Translations under genes and position numbers: made by a program
Shown here: piece by piece, positions 27,495-36,267 of the stretch
How the letters are laid out: each line of letters begins with the position of its first letter
Position numbering within the stretch: the first letter of the stretch is position 1
Notes under the pieces: model-generated
The model's input: the letters and a program-made list of their open reading frames with translations, nothing else
Told to the model about the DNA's origin: nothing
Database searches by the model: none
NCBI GenBank assembly: GCA_965652295.1
Contig: CBFGTS010000020.1
Coordinates: 1 to 64,000, forward strand
From: an uncultured Haloferula sp.
GTDB lineage: Bacteria > Verrucomicrobiota > Verrucomicrobiia > Verrucomicrobiales > Akkermansiaceae
DNA length: 64,000 nt
Direction of reading: 5' to 3'

Positions 27495-28601
27495 ATGAGC
27501 CTGCTCGCTCCAGTGGCTTGGAGTCTCGGTCTCTGGATCGGCTCGTCGGCTCTGGTTGCCGCTCCGCCGGAACTGCCCGGCGGGTGGCATTCGGATTTCA
27601 ACGAGGCGGTCGATGAGGCGCGGGCAGAAGGAAAGGGGAACCTGCTGCTTTTCACGGGCCTCGAATGGGAAGAGTGGAGCGGCAGGCTCCATGCAGAGAT
27701 CCTCAGCACGCCGGAGTTTCATGAATCGGTGGCCGCGGACTTTGTTCTCACGCACGTCGACCTTCCTCAGGAGCCCCGGCCGGAAGGGGACCTGAGCGAG
27801 GAGGAAGCAGCCCACTACGAACTCGCCCGCCGGTTCAAACTCCGCGTCTTCCCGTCGATGTTCCTCTGCACCACCGAGGGCCGTCCCTACGGTCTCGTGG
27901 GTTTTCAGGAAGAAGGGCTGAAAGCGACGATCGCTGCGGTCGGTGCCGCAAGGGCGGCCTACGCCGGAGCCATGGAATACATCGGGGGTCTTGAGGGTCC
28001 CGAGCGCGCCGTGGCCATTGACGCATGGTTGCAGACGATTCCCGAGCCGCTATGGATGTTGCACGACGACAAGGTCGACGAAATCCTCCAGGCCGACCCC
28101 GACAACGCGACCGGATTGTGGGCCCGGTACCAGCTGGCCCGGGCGCTTCCCGAAGCCAGGCGGTTGCGCTATGCGGGAAAGGTGGACGAGGCGGCCGCCC
28201 GCTATCGGCACATCCTCGACGACCTGAAACCGACCGGCGAGAGCCTCCAAACGATCTGGTACGAGTTGGCGGATGTTTATTTCCAGCAGAAAGACTACGG
28301 GCGGCTCTTGGACGCCCTTGACCGCGCCATCGCAGCTGCGCCGGAAAGCGCGCGGATGAGCGTTCTCCACGAAATGATGGACGTGTTCACCCGGCAGTGG
28401 ATTTACACGAAGTACCAGCCTGAGCGGATGAAGGAGATCCATTACGATCACAAGCGGATGGAGATTCCGCCCCAGGATCTCGGGAGGGTGTTGAAGCTGA
28501 TCGAAGAAGCGGGCAAGGAGGCTCCCGGGAGCGTCCGGAACCGGGTGTTGAAGAAAATGTCGGACGAGCTGAAGGGGTTGCCGCCGGTGCCGTCCTCGTG
28601 A
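27495..28601 (+). CDS. Thioredoxin-fold (no CxxC) plus TPR protein
   Basis: WHSDFNEA..LLLFTGLEWEEWS (CxxC replaced), FPSMFL, C-terminal TPR-like helices. Confidence 0.75.
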   Translation: MSLLAPVAWSLGLWIGSSALVAAPPELPGGWHSDFNEAVDEARAEGKGNLLLFTGLEWEEWSGRLHAEILSTPEFHESVAADFVLTHVDLPQEPRPEGDLSEEEAAHYELARRFKLRVFPSMFLCTTEGRPYGLVGFQEEGLKATIAAVGAARAAYAGAMEYIGGLEGPERAVAIDAWLQTIPEPLWMLHDDKVDEILQADPDNATGLWARYQLARALPEARRLRYAGKVDEAAARYRHILDDLKPTGESLQTIWYELADVYFQQKDYGRLLDALDRAIAAAPESARMSVLHEMMDVFTRQWIYTKYQPERMKEIHYDHKRMEIPPQDLGRVLKLIEEAGKEAPGSVRNRVLKKMSDELKGLPPVPSS

Positions 28602-28898
28602 GCAGGTTGGCCGGGTCGAGGCGTCGGCGTCGGGTTTCGGGTGGAGTGCTTCCAGCGAGCTGAATGAGGTCTCGTACAGGCTCGCCGGCGGCACCCGCCG
28701 GCGTGGTTTTGCGGGGGCCTGCCGGTCTTCCCGCCTCCTTTTTTTGAGGGACTCTTATCCCCGTTGGAGGCGCGCGCGTCTAACCCGATCGGGCCATACC
28801 CGAGACGTGGGACTAGGAGGATTCAGCATCTGTGAGAGGATACCTTAGGTTCAGATCCCTTGGCGGCTCGCTCCGGGGTCAACCCCAAACCCAGCACC

Positions 28899-30584
28899 AT
28901 GAACCCTAAAAACCTCTATCGAACCACCCTCGTCAGGCCTTGGACCCGCTGGCTGCTCGCCGCCGCCGTGGCCTCCTCGACGGCCGCTGCCCACGAAGGC
29001 GACATGGAGCCGATCCTGTCGGTGTATGCCGTCGATCCGGAGAACCCGCACGTTTCCTACGACGAGGACCCGTACGTCCACAGTCCGCCGATCACCGAAG
29101 ATCCGACGGTGGTCTATCCCAGCGGCAGTGCGCCGACCGGTGACGCGACCGGACCGGTCGAAGCGCTCGATCCGGAGGTGACCACCAACGACACGCCGCC
29201 GGATACCCATACCCCGAACCGCTCGGACTGGAACCGATACGTTTACTACAGTCTTCCGTCCGAGAGCCAAGTGGTGGACAACGGCCCGTATCGCATGTCG
29301 GGCGTGCCGTTGAAATTCGACTTCGGGACGACCAGTAGCCCGGTGCAGGAGGGCTACACGCGGGTGTCATCCGAGACGCTGTATTCAGCGGCGACCGGCT
29401 ACGGCTGGGGAAACAGCAGCGTGGACTCACGCGACCGCGGCAATCCCGGGACCGGCAGCGGCGAGGAGGACCTCGAGCGCGATTTCTGCCTCCAAGGAGC
29501 GGGTAACGCGTTCTACGTCGATATTCCGGACGGGAAATACCGGATCACCGCGATCGTCGGGGACCGAATCGTCAAATCGGGAGTCACGGTGCGCGCCGAT
29601 GGCATCCCGATCGTTCCGGGGATGGGGGCGGGTGCCGGCAAGTTCGCGAAAGTTTCGGTGCTCTACGAATCCGGCAAGGAGGCGTTCTCCTCCACGCGGG
29701 TGGACGCGGCGGGCGATCCGTTTCCGATGCAGGAGAGCGGACGGATCCGCTTTGAGTTCATCGCCGGGATCGCGCACATCAACGCGCTGACGATCGAGCC
29801 GGTGACCGACGAGGAATGGCACGCCAAGCCGGTCATCTACACCGCGAGCGATTCCACGGTCGCGAGCTACGGCCAGTCATCCTCCTCCGGACCTTTTCCG
29901 ACCGGGATGACCTTGATGGGCTGGGGCGAGCCGCTGCACAACCACTTCGACGACGGGATCCTCATCGACAACCAGGCCTTGGCCGGACGCAGCTCGCGCA
30001 GCTTCGTGGAGGAGGGCGTGCTGGATGCGATCCTTAACCGGATCAAACCGGGCGACTACCTCTTCGTGATGTTCGCGATCAACGACTCGGCCGACGTGCT
30101 GCCGGGCCAATACAACAACCGCAACACCAAGCCGGAGAGCACGCATAAGGCCTGGACCCGGATTTACATCAACGAGACCCGCAAGCGTGGTGCCACGCCG
30201 GTGCTGGTGACCTCGCAGATCAAGTGCACCTACGATGCCTACGGTCGGTTCTACAACAGCGTGCAGGGCTACCCCCAGGCCGACAGGGAACTGGGTGCGG
30301 AAATGGACGTGCCGGTGATCGACCTCAACAAGGGCGGCATCGACTACCTGACGGCGCTGGGACCGAGGGAGGACGGCTCGGACCCGCAGGGGACGCTGTG
30401 GTACCGGACCAACCCGGATGGTTCGATGAACGACTACATCCACCTCTGCCCATACGGCGCCAACGAATACGCGCGGCTGGTCTCGCGGTTGATATTGAAA
30501 ACGCCGGGCCTTGAGGAGCTCGCGGCGCACGTGATCGCCCCGCCGCGGCCGCAGCCCGCGCCACTCGTCCGTTCCGCTTACTAA
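28899..30584 (+). CDS. Rhamnogalacturonan acetylesterase-like SGNH hydrolase (CE12-like) with N-terminal beta-sandwich
   Basis: KFDFG domain; SDSTV, GWGE, NQALAGRSSRSF, FAINDS, DYIH. Confidence 0.85.
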   Translation: MNPKNLYRTTLVRPWTRWLLAAAVASSTAAAHEGDMEPILSVYAVDPENPHVSYDEDPYVHSPPITEDPTVVYPSGSAPTGDATGPVEALDPEVTTNDTPPDTHTPNRSDWNRYVYYSLPSESQVVDNGPYRMSGVPLKFDFGTTSSPVQEGYTRVSSETLYSAATGYGWGNSSVDSRDRGNPGTGSGEEDLERDFCLQGAGNAFYVDIPDGKYRITAIVGDRIVKSGVTVRADGIPIVPGMGAGAGKFAKVSVLYESGKEAFSSTRVDAAGDPFPMQESGRIRFEFIAGIAHINALTIEPVTDEEWHAKPVIYTASDSTVASYGQSSSSGPFPTGMTLMGWGEPLHNHFDDGILIDNQALAGRSSRSFVEEGVLDAILNRIKPGDYLFVMFAINDSADVLPGQYNNRNTKPESTHKAWTRIYINETRKRGATPVLVTSQIKCTYDAYGRFYNSVQGYPQADRELGAEMDVPVIDLNKGGIDYLTALGPREDGSDPQGTLWYRTNPDGSMNDYIHLCPYGANEYARLVSRLILKTPGLEELAAHVIAPPRPQPAPLVRSAY

Positions 30585-30605
30585 CCCTCCACCCTCAAAA
30601 ACCCA

Positions 30606-33600
30606 ATGAACTCCCAACTTTTCAGAAGCGGTGGTCGGTTGCTCGGCTGCCTGGCGGGCGCGGGCCTCCTGGCCTCCGCGCATGCCTCGACGGTATTTGA
30701 CAGCGGTGGCTTCGAGTTGCCGACCAACTATCTGCCCGCGCTGACCCTCGACGGCCAGGACGCTCCGCCGCTCGGCAGAGGCCCGTGGAAGCAGGACGGC
30801 GGAACCAGCACCGCCATCGTCACCGCCATCAATCCCATCGCGGGGCTCCAGTCGGTGAAAATCACCCGCGATCCAAGTGCCACGGGCAACACCCGCTGGG
30901 GCGTTGCGAAGTCCGTGAATCCCGCGGGCCTGGACAATGTGGTGAACGTCCACTTCGACATGAAGGTGCTGCAAAAGCCCCACGAATACGGACCATTGTT
31001 CGGTGTCGAGGCCTATGACGTCAGCTCGGGCAGCCCGAAACTCATCGGTAGCCTGCTTCTCGATGCGGGTAACGGCGAATTGGTCGTCCAGCGGGCGGAA
31101 ACCGGCGCGTTGGTGGGAACCGGATTTTTCCCCGACCTCGTGCGGCACCACCACTACCGGCTGACGCTGAACTTCACGGTCGGGACCTACTCGGTGTTCG
31201 CCGACGGACGGCTGGTACACACCGAGGGCTTCGTGAATCCTGAAGTGACGGCGTTCACCGATGCGCCCTTGGTCACTTTGGGCACGGGCGCGGAGAACGG
31301 GGAGGGGACCGCCTACCTCGACAATTATCGCATCGAGCATACCACCAGCCAGCTGCCCCACCTGCTGTGGCAGGGCGATGGCGTGGGCAACGTGTGGGAC
31401 CTCGGGCAGACCGCCAACTGGTTTGACGGGATCGGCGTGATCGGGTTTTCCAACGGCGACGCTGTCCGCTTCGAGGACGGCGGCTCGGCGGCACCAGCCA
31501 TCGAGTTGCAAGGCGAGCTGCTGCCGTCGTCGGTCACGGTGTCCGCCTCCCAGGACTATGTCTTGGCGGGGAGCGGTGCGATTGCCGGCACGAGTGAACT
31601 GCTCAAGGAGGGCGAAGGGACGCTGAGCATCGCCACCGCCAATACCTACAGCGGCGGGACGACCGTGAACGCCGGCGAACTGAGCGTGCGCAACGCTTCG
31701 GGCAGTGCCACCGGCACGGGCCCGGTGACGGTTTCCGCGCGGAGCGTGCTGAGCGGCGACGGCCGCATCGGCGGACCGGTCGGAGTAGCCGCCGGGGGAG
31801 TGGTCGAGCCCGGTATCGGGGTTGGCGCCTTGAGTGTCGATAACGCGCTCGTGCTTGATGGCGCGGTCCTGAAATTCGAGCTGGGCGACAGCAGCGATCA
31901 ACTGGTGGTGGCCGGCGACCTGACGCTCGGCGGCACGCTGGAAATCAGCGACGCTGGCGGCTTCGCTGCGGGCACCTATCCGCTGATCACCTACGGCGGC
32001 GAACTCGTCGAGGGCTCGCTGCTGGTGGGCTCCGCGCCGGACGGCTACGACTACCACATCAGCACGGCGACCGCCGGAGTGGTGTCTTTGGTGGTGTCGC
32101 CACCGCCGCCGCCACCGGCCTCGCCGACCGCGCTGGCTGCCACGCCCGCGGGCTCCGATGCCATCACACTTGAGTGGACGGATCGAGCCGACGACGAAGA
32201 TTCCTTCATCATTGAACGCACGATGGGCGGTGGGGGCTTCACCGTGGTCGCCACCACCGGCAAGGATCAAACGACGTATTCGGATACCGGACTCGCAGGG
32301 GGAACCACCTACTACTACCGCGTCCGTGCGGTGAACAGCGGCGGCGAGTCGGGTTACTCGAACGTTGCCTTTGCCCGCACCGACCTCTCACCGCCGGCAG
32401 CCTATTACGAATACGAATTCACCACTCTGGACTCGAGCGGCAACGACCAGCACGGGGCTCCCGTCGGCACGGTGCTCTACGAAGAGGGCCAGGTCGGTGA
32501 CTATGCCGCCAGCTTCGACGGTACGGGCTTCGTCGAGATCCCCCGCGTGGTCGAGGGGAACTTCACGGTGGCGATGTGGATCAAGACCACCGCCAACGCG
32601 TCGGGTTCGGCGTGGTATAGCGGTATGGGGTTGGTCGATGGCGAAATGGCCGGAAGCTCCTCCGATTGGGGCTGCTCGGTGCTCAACTCGAAGTTCGCTT
32701 TCGGCGTGGGTGCGCCCGACACGACCATCCTGTCGAAACGCAGTGTGAACGATGGCCGCTGGCACCACGTCGCGGCGACCCGCGACTCGGCGACCGGGCA
32801 AGTGCGGATCTACATCGACGGCCTGCCCGACACTTCCGCCGAGGCGCCGACCGGCCCCCGCACCGCGCCCGCCAAATTGCGGATCGGCGCGAGCCAGACC
32901 AACGTTCCCGTATTCTTCCGGGGTGCCATGGACGACCTGCGTTTCTACGAGGGCGTTCTCACCCCCTCGGAAGTCGCCGAACTCGGAGGCGCGCCCGGAC
33001 CGCCTCCACCGCCGACCGAAGACCCGCTGCGGATTCATCCGCTGGGCGACTCGATCACCTGGGGCTACACCACGGCCAGCGCGGCCGACAGCCCCGGCGG
33101 CTACCGTGAACCGCTGTATCGCAACCTGCTGCTCAACGGTGCGCCGGCGCTCAAGTTCGTCGGATCCAATACCAGCAACCCCGGCCCGCTGCTGACCCGC
33201 GACAACCAGGTCGCGCACGACGGCTACCCGCAATACACCATCAGCGAGATCAGCAACAACCTCGACGCCAACGTTCCCACCGGCAAGACCCGTGGAAACA
33301 ACGGCGGCTACTGGCTGACCGGAGGCGGCGTGCGGCCTGCCATCCACCCGGACATGATCCTGCTGTTGGCGGGCACCAACGACATCGAAGGGGGCGCGTC
33401 CGCCTCGGTGATCGAAACGCGGATGAATGCCATGGTCGGAAAAATCTTCTCGCTGCGGCCGAAGACGACCCTGTTCCTGGCCAGCATCCCGCCCTATCCG
33501 GCCGATGCCGCCAAGACCGCGACCGCCGCAGCCTACAACCAGTTGCTGGTTTCTCGGACCATTCCCAAATACCTGGCCGCGGGTTATGATATCCGCTTCG

Positions 33601-35840
33601 TCGATCAATATCCGAACTTCGTCCTCGCCTCCGGGCCGGACGGCGACGTGGTGAATTCTTCGCTCTACGGCGATACGATCCACCCGAACGAGGTCGGCTA
33701 TCAGCTCATGGGCGACACCTGGGCCGCCGCCATCCTGGGCGGTCCGGCCCCGCAACCGGAAGCCCCGACCGGTCTGGTCGCCGAAGTCACGGCCGATGGC
33801 GTCACTCTGGTGTGGAACGACCACTCATCCAATGAAGGTGCGTTTCTAATCCAGCGGACTCTGGATGGGGTGAACTTCGAGACGATCGGTTACGTCGGGC
33901 CGAACGAGACCCGCTTCACCGATACCTCGGCGGGCGGTAGCCGGACTTATGGCTACCGTGTGGTCGCCCGGAATTCGGGCGGAAATTCGGATCCGTCGAA
34001 CTACGTCACCGCCACCACCCTCGATCGACCGCTGGTCGCTTACCTGAAGTTCGATGAAATCGATGGCGGCACGGCTTTCGATAGTTCGCCGAACGCCAAC
34101 GACGGAACCCTGGCCGGCGATCCGATGTGGAGCCCGGGCAAGATCGACAACGCCCTCGATTTCGACGGCGTGGACGATCACGTCACCCTGCCGACCGGAG
34201 TGGTTTCGGGGTTGGACGATTTCACCGTGGCCGCATGGGTGAAAATCGACTCGCTCGACACCTGGTCGCGGGTCTTCGACTTCGGCTCCGGGATCGACTC
34301 CTATATGTTCCTTACCACTCAGAGCAGCACGAACGGGACGATGCGGTTCGCGATGCGCACCAACTCCGGCAGCGAGCAGGCCGTCGATGGCCCCGTGGCG
34401 ATGCCGACCGGCGCCTGGACTCACGTGGCCGTCACCCTCTCCGGTTCCACCGCCACGCTCTATCTCGACGGGAGCGAGATCGGGGTTAACCGGTCGATGT
34501 CCCTGACCCCGGCCAGCCTCGGAAGTACGACGCAGAACTACGTCGGCAAGTCCCAGTGGAACGATCCGCTGCTGGACGGCGCGGTGGATGATTTCCAGAT
34601 CCACGACCGCGCCCTGAGCGCGAACGAGGTGAGATCGCTGGTGGAAATGACCCACCCGATTCCGCTTCCGGCGGCTCCCACCGGCCTGGCCGTTGTGGCG
34701 GGCGACGGGGAGGTGGACCTGAGCTGGAATGCCGTCGATGGCGCGGACAGTTACTCGGTTTACCGTGCGAGTGGGGACGGTTATGTCCTGCTTGCCGACG
34801 GTCTGACTAGTCCCGCATACGCCGATACGACGGCGGCCAATGGTACGACCTATGCCTACGTGGTGACCGCGTCCAACGCGGCTGGCGAGAGCGCCTTCTC
34901 CGAGACCCTCGAGGCGACGCCGTTTCCAGAGGCAGATTACAGCGGCCGGGCCTTCGTGGCGGGCGTTTCCGTCCTTGGCGGCACGGCCACATGGAGCGAC
35001 ACCGGCGAACTTCCGCCGGAAGGAGGCTCGCAGGAGATCTCGGCGTTGAGCTTTAGTGAGCCCGGCCTGATCGCCGGCGACGTGGGGCATGCCTTCACGA
35101 TCGGCCAGGCGGACCGCACCCGCTCGGAGGCCTCGGTCGGCGAGATCGTGATCGATGCCGGGGGCGTCCCGATCGAGGCGGGCTTCGTCATGGCCCGCGC
35201 ACTGGCAGTCTTCCAGCCGGACGGAACCACCGGCCTCTCCGGCGGTTCGGAGATCGGTGGCCTGGTCGTCGCCGGAGTCCCCGTGATTCTGACCGGCGAG
35301 CCCAATCAAGTCGTCGGACTGCCCAACGGGCAGCTCGTCATCGATGAACGCATCGAGACCGCCACGTCGATCACCGTCAACGCGTTGCGCATCCGCCTGC
35401 TCGGCGGCAGCGAACTGATCGTTTCCTCGGCCCGGGCCGGTTACGAAAGCACCGGCGAGCCGCCGATCGAGGGCGACGACCAGCTTTCCGGAGGCGGCTG
35501 GATCGCGGTGACCCACGGCGGGAAGGGAACCTTCGGCGTCAGCGGTGGCTACGAGAATGGAGTGTTGTTCGGCCACCTGAGCTACAGGGACCACGATACC
35601 GGGATGAAGGTGAAGGGAACCGGAGTGACCGCGTACCTGAAGGGTCCGACGCCCAACAGCCGGCGCATCGAGGGCACCGCCGAGGTCGATGGCGTCGGGG
35701 GATTCACCTACCTGGTGGAAGCCGAGGACAACGGCGAGCCGGGCGACGCGGACACCTTCAGCATCGATCTTTCCAACGGTTATCACGCGGCGGGTGCGCT
35801 GGGAGGGGGTAACATCCAGTTGCACCGGCCGGGCGAGTAG
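30606..35840 (+). CDS. Large secreted modular protein: autotransporter-associated beta-strand repeat, FN3 x3, LamG x2, SGNH esterase, choice-of-anchor-P/post-COAP-like C-terminus
   Basis: LLKEGEGTL..ANTYSGGTTVNAG; YYYRVRA FN3; WHHVAA/WTHVAV LamG; PLGDSIT..GTND..DTIHPN SGNH. Confidence 0.85.
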   Translation: MNSQLFRSGGRLLGCLAGAGLLASAHASTVFDSGGFELPTNYLPALTLDGQDAPPLGRGPWKQDGGTSTAIVTAINPIAGLQSVKITRDPSATGNTRWGVAKSVNPAGLDNVVNVHFDMKVLQKPHEYGPLFGVEAYDVSSGSPKLIGSLLLDAGNGELVVQRAETGALVGTGFFPDLVRHHHYRLTLNFTVGTYSVFADGRLVHTEGFVNPEVTAFTDAPLVTLGTGAENGEGTAYLDNYRIEHTTSQLPHLLWQGDGVGNVWDLGQTANWFDGIGVIGFSNGDAVRFEDGGSAAPAIELQGELLPSSVTVSASQDYVLAGSGAIAGTSELLKEGEGTLSIATANTYSGGTTVNAGELSVRNASGSATGTGPVTVSARSVLSGDGRIGGPVGVAAGGVVEPGIGVGALSVDNALVLDGAVLKFELGDSSDQLVVAGDLTLGGTLEISDAGGFAAGTYPLITYGGELVEGSLLVGSAPDGYDYHISTATAGVVSLVVSPPPPPPASPTALAATPAGSDAITLEWTDRADDEDSFIIERTMGGGGFTVVATTGKDQTTYSDTGLAGGTTYYYRVRAVNSGGESGYSNVAFARTDLSPPAAYYEYEFTTLDSSGNDQHGAPVGTVLYEEGQVGDYAASFDGTGFVEIPRVVEGNFTVAMWIKTTANASGSAWYSGMGLVDGEMAGSSSDWGCSVLNSKFAFGVGAPDTTILSKRSVNDGRWHHVAATRDSATGQVRIYIDGLPDTSAEAPTGPRTAPAKLRIGASQTNVPVFFRGAMDDLRFYEGVLTPSEVAELGGAPGPPPPPTEDPLRIHPLGDSITWGYTTASAADSPGGYREPLYRNLLLNGAPALKFVGSNTSNPGPLLTRDNQVAHDGYPQYTISEISNNLDANVPTGKTRGNNGGYWLTGGGVRPAIHPDMILLLAGTNDIEGGASASVIETRMNAMVGKIFSLRPKTTLFLASIPPYPADAAKTATAAAYNQLLVSRTIPKYLAAGYDIRFVDQYPNFVLASGPDGDVVNSSLYGDTIHPNEVGYQLMGDTWAAAILGGPAPQPEAPTGLVAEVTADGVTLVWNDHSSNEGAFLIQRTLDGVNFETIGYVGPNETRFTDTSAGGSRTYGYRVVARNSGGNSDPSNYVTATTLDRPLVAYLKFDEIDGGTAFDSSPNANDGTLAGDPMWSPGKIDNALDFDGVDDHVTLPTGVVSGLDDFTVAAWVKIDSLDTWSRVFDFGSGIDSYMFLTTQSSTNGTMRFAMRTNSGSEQAVDGPVAMPTGAWTHVAVTLSGSTATLYLDGSEIGVNRSMSLTPASLGSTTQNYVGKSQWNDPLLDGAVDDFQIHDRALSANEVRSLVEMTHPIPLPAAPTGLAVVAGDGEVDLSWNAVDGADSYSVYRASGDGYVLLADGLTSPAYADTTAANGTTYAYVVTASNAAGESAFSETLEATPFPEADYSGRAFVAGVSVLGGTATWSDTGELPPEGGSQEISALSFSEPGLIAGDVGHAFTIGQADRTRSEASVGEIVIDAGGVPIEAGFVMARALAVFQPDGTTGLSGGSEIGGLVVAGVPVILTGEPNQVVGLPNGQLVIDERIETATSITVNALRIRLLGGSELIVSSARAGYESTGEPPIEGDDQLSGGGWIAVTHGGKGTFGVSGGYENGVLFGHLSYRDHDTGMKVKGTGVTAYLKGPTPNSRRIEGTAEVDGVGGFTYLVEAEDNGEPGDADTFSIDLSNGYHAAGALGGGNIQLHRPGE

Positions 35841-35865
35841 ATCTCGATCTGTTGGAAAGCGAGTG

Positions 35866-35900
35866 GCCCCATCCGCGGATCCGCGGGTGGGGCTCTTTCT
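35866..35900 (+). terminator. Probable intrinsic terminator
   Basis: GCCCCATCCGCG-GATC-CGCGGGTGGGGC hairpin followed by TCTTTCT. Confidence 0.6.
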
Positions 35901-36267
35901 ATGACCCTATGACCGTAATGCGATTGCCGGAGTGCCGCCGCGGGAAAGAGTCTTCGATGTTCCCCCACGTTTGTAGGGGTGGGGGGAGGTTGCCAAAAGT
36001 ATTTCGATCACCTAACATGGCGATCCTGAATATTATGGGTTCGCGTTTCTTCATTCCGCGGATCCTTCAACATATCGCCACCGTCCGCCGCTTCATTGCG
36101 GCAACGATGTTGCCTTGTGCCCGGTCTCATGAACCCGAGCGGGAAGCCTGAAAGGGATATAGATACCTAAGGTTTCCCCAATCTGGATCATCGACCCACC
36201 GGTGGCACTTTCTCCGGCGCGTCCGCGCGGCCGGCCAAGCTCGTCGAAAACAAACCCAAAAACCCTA

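Noticed and set aside
29877..35825. Long antisense ORFs (797, 478 and 659 aa)
   Set aside because: Typical high-GC shadows of well-supported plus-strand genes
36018..36080. Imperfect inverted repeat TGGCGAT...ATCGCCA as a riboswitch or ncRNA
   Set aside because: Short arms and no recognisable conserved RNA motif
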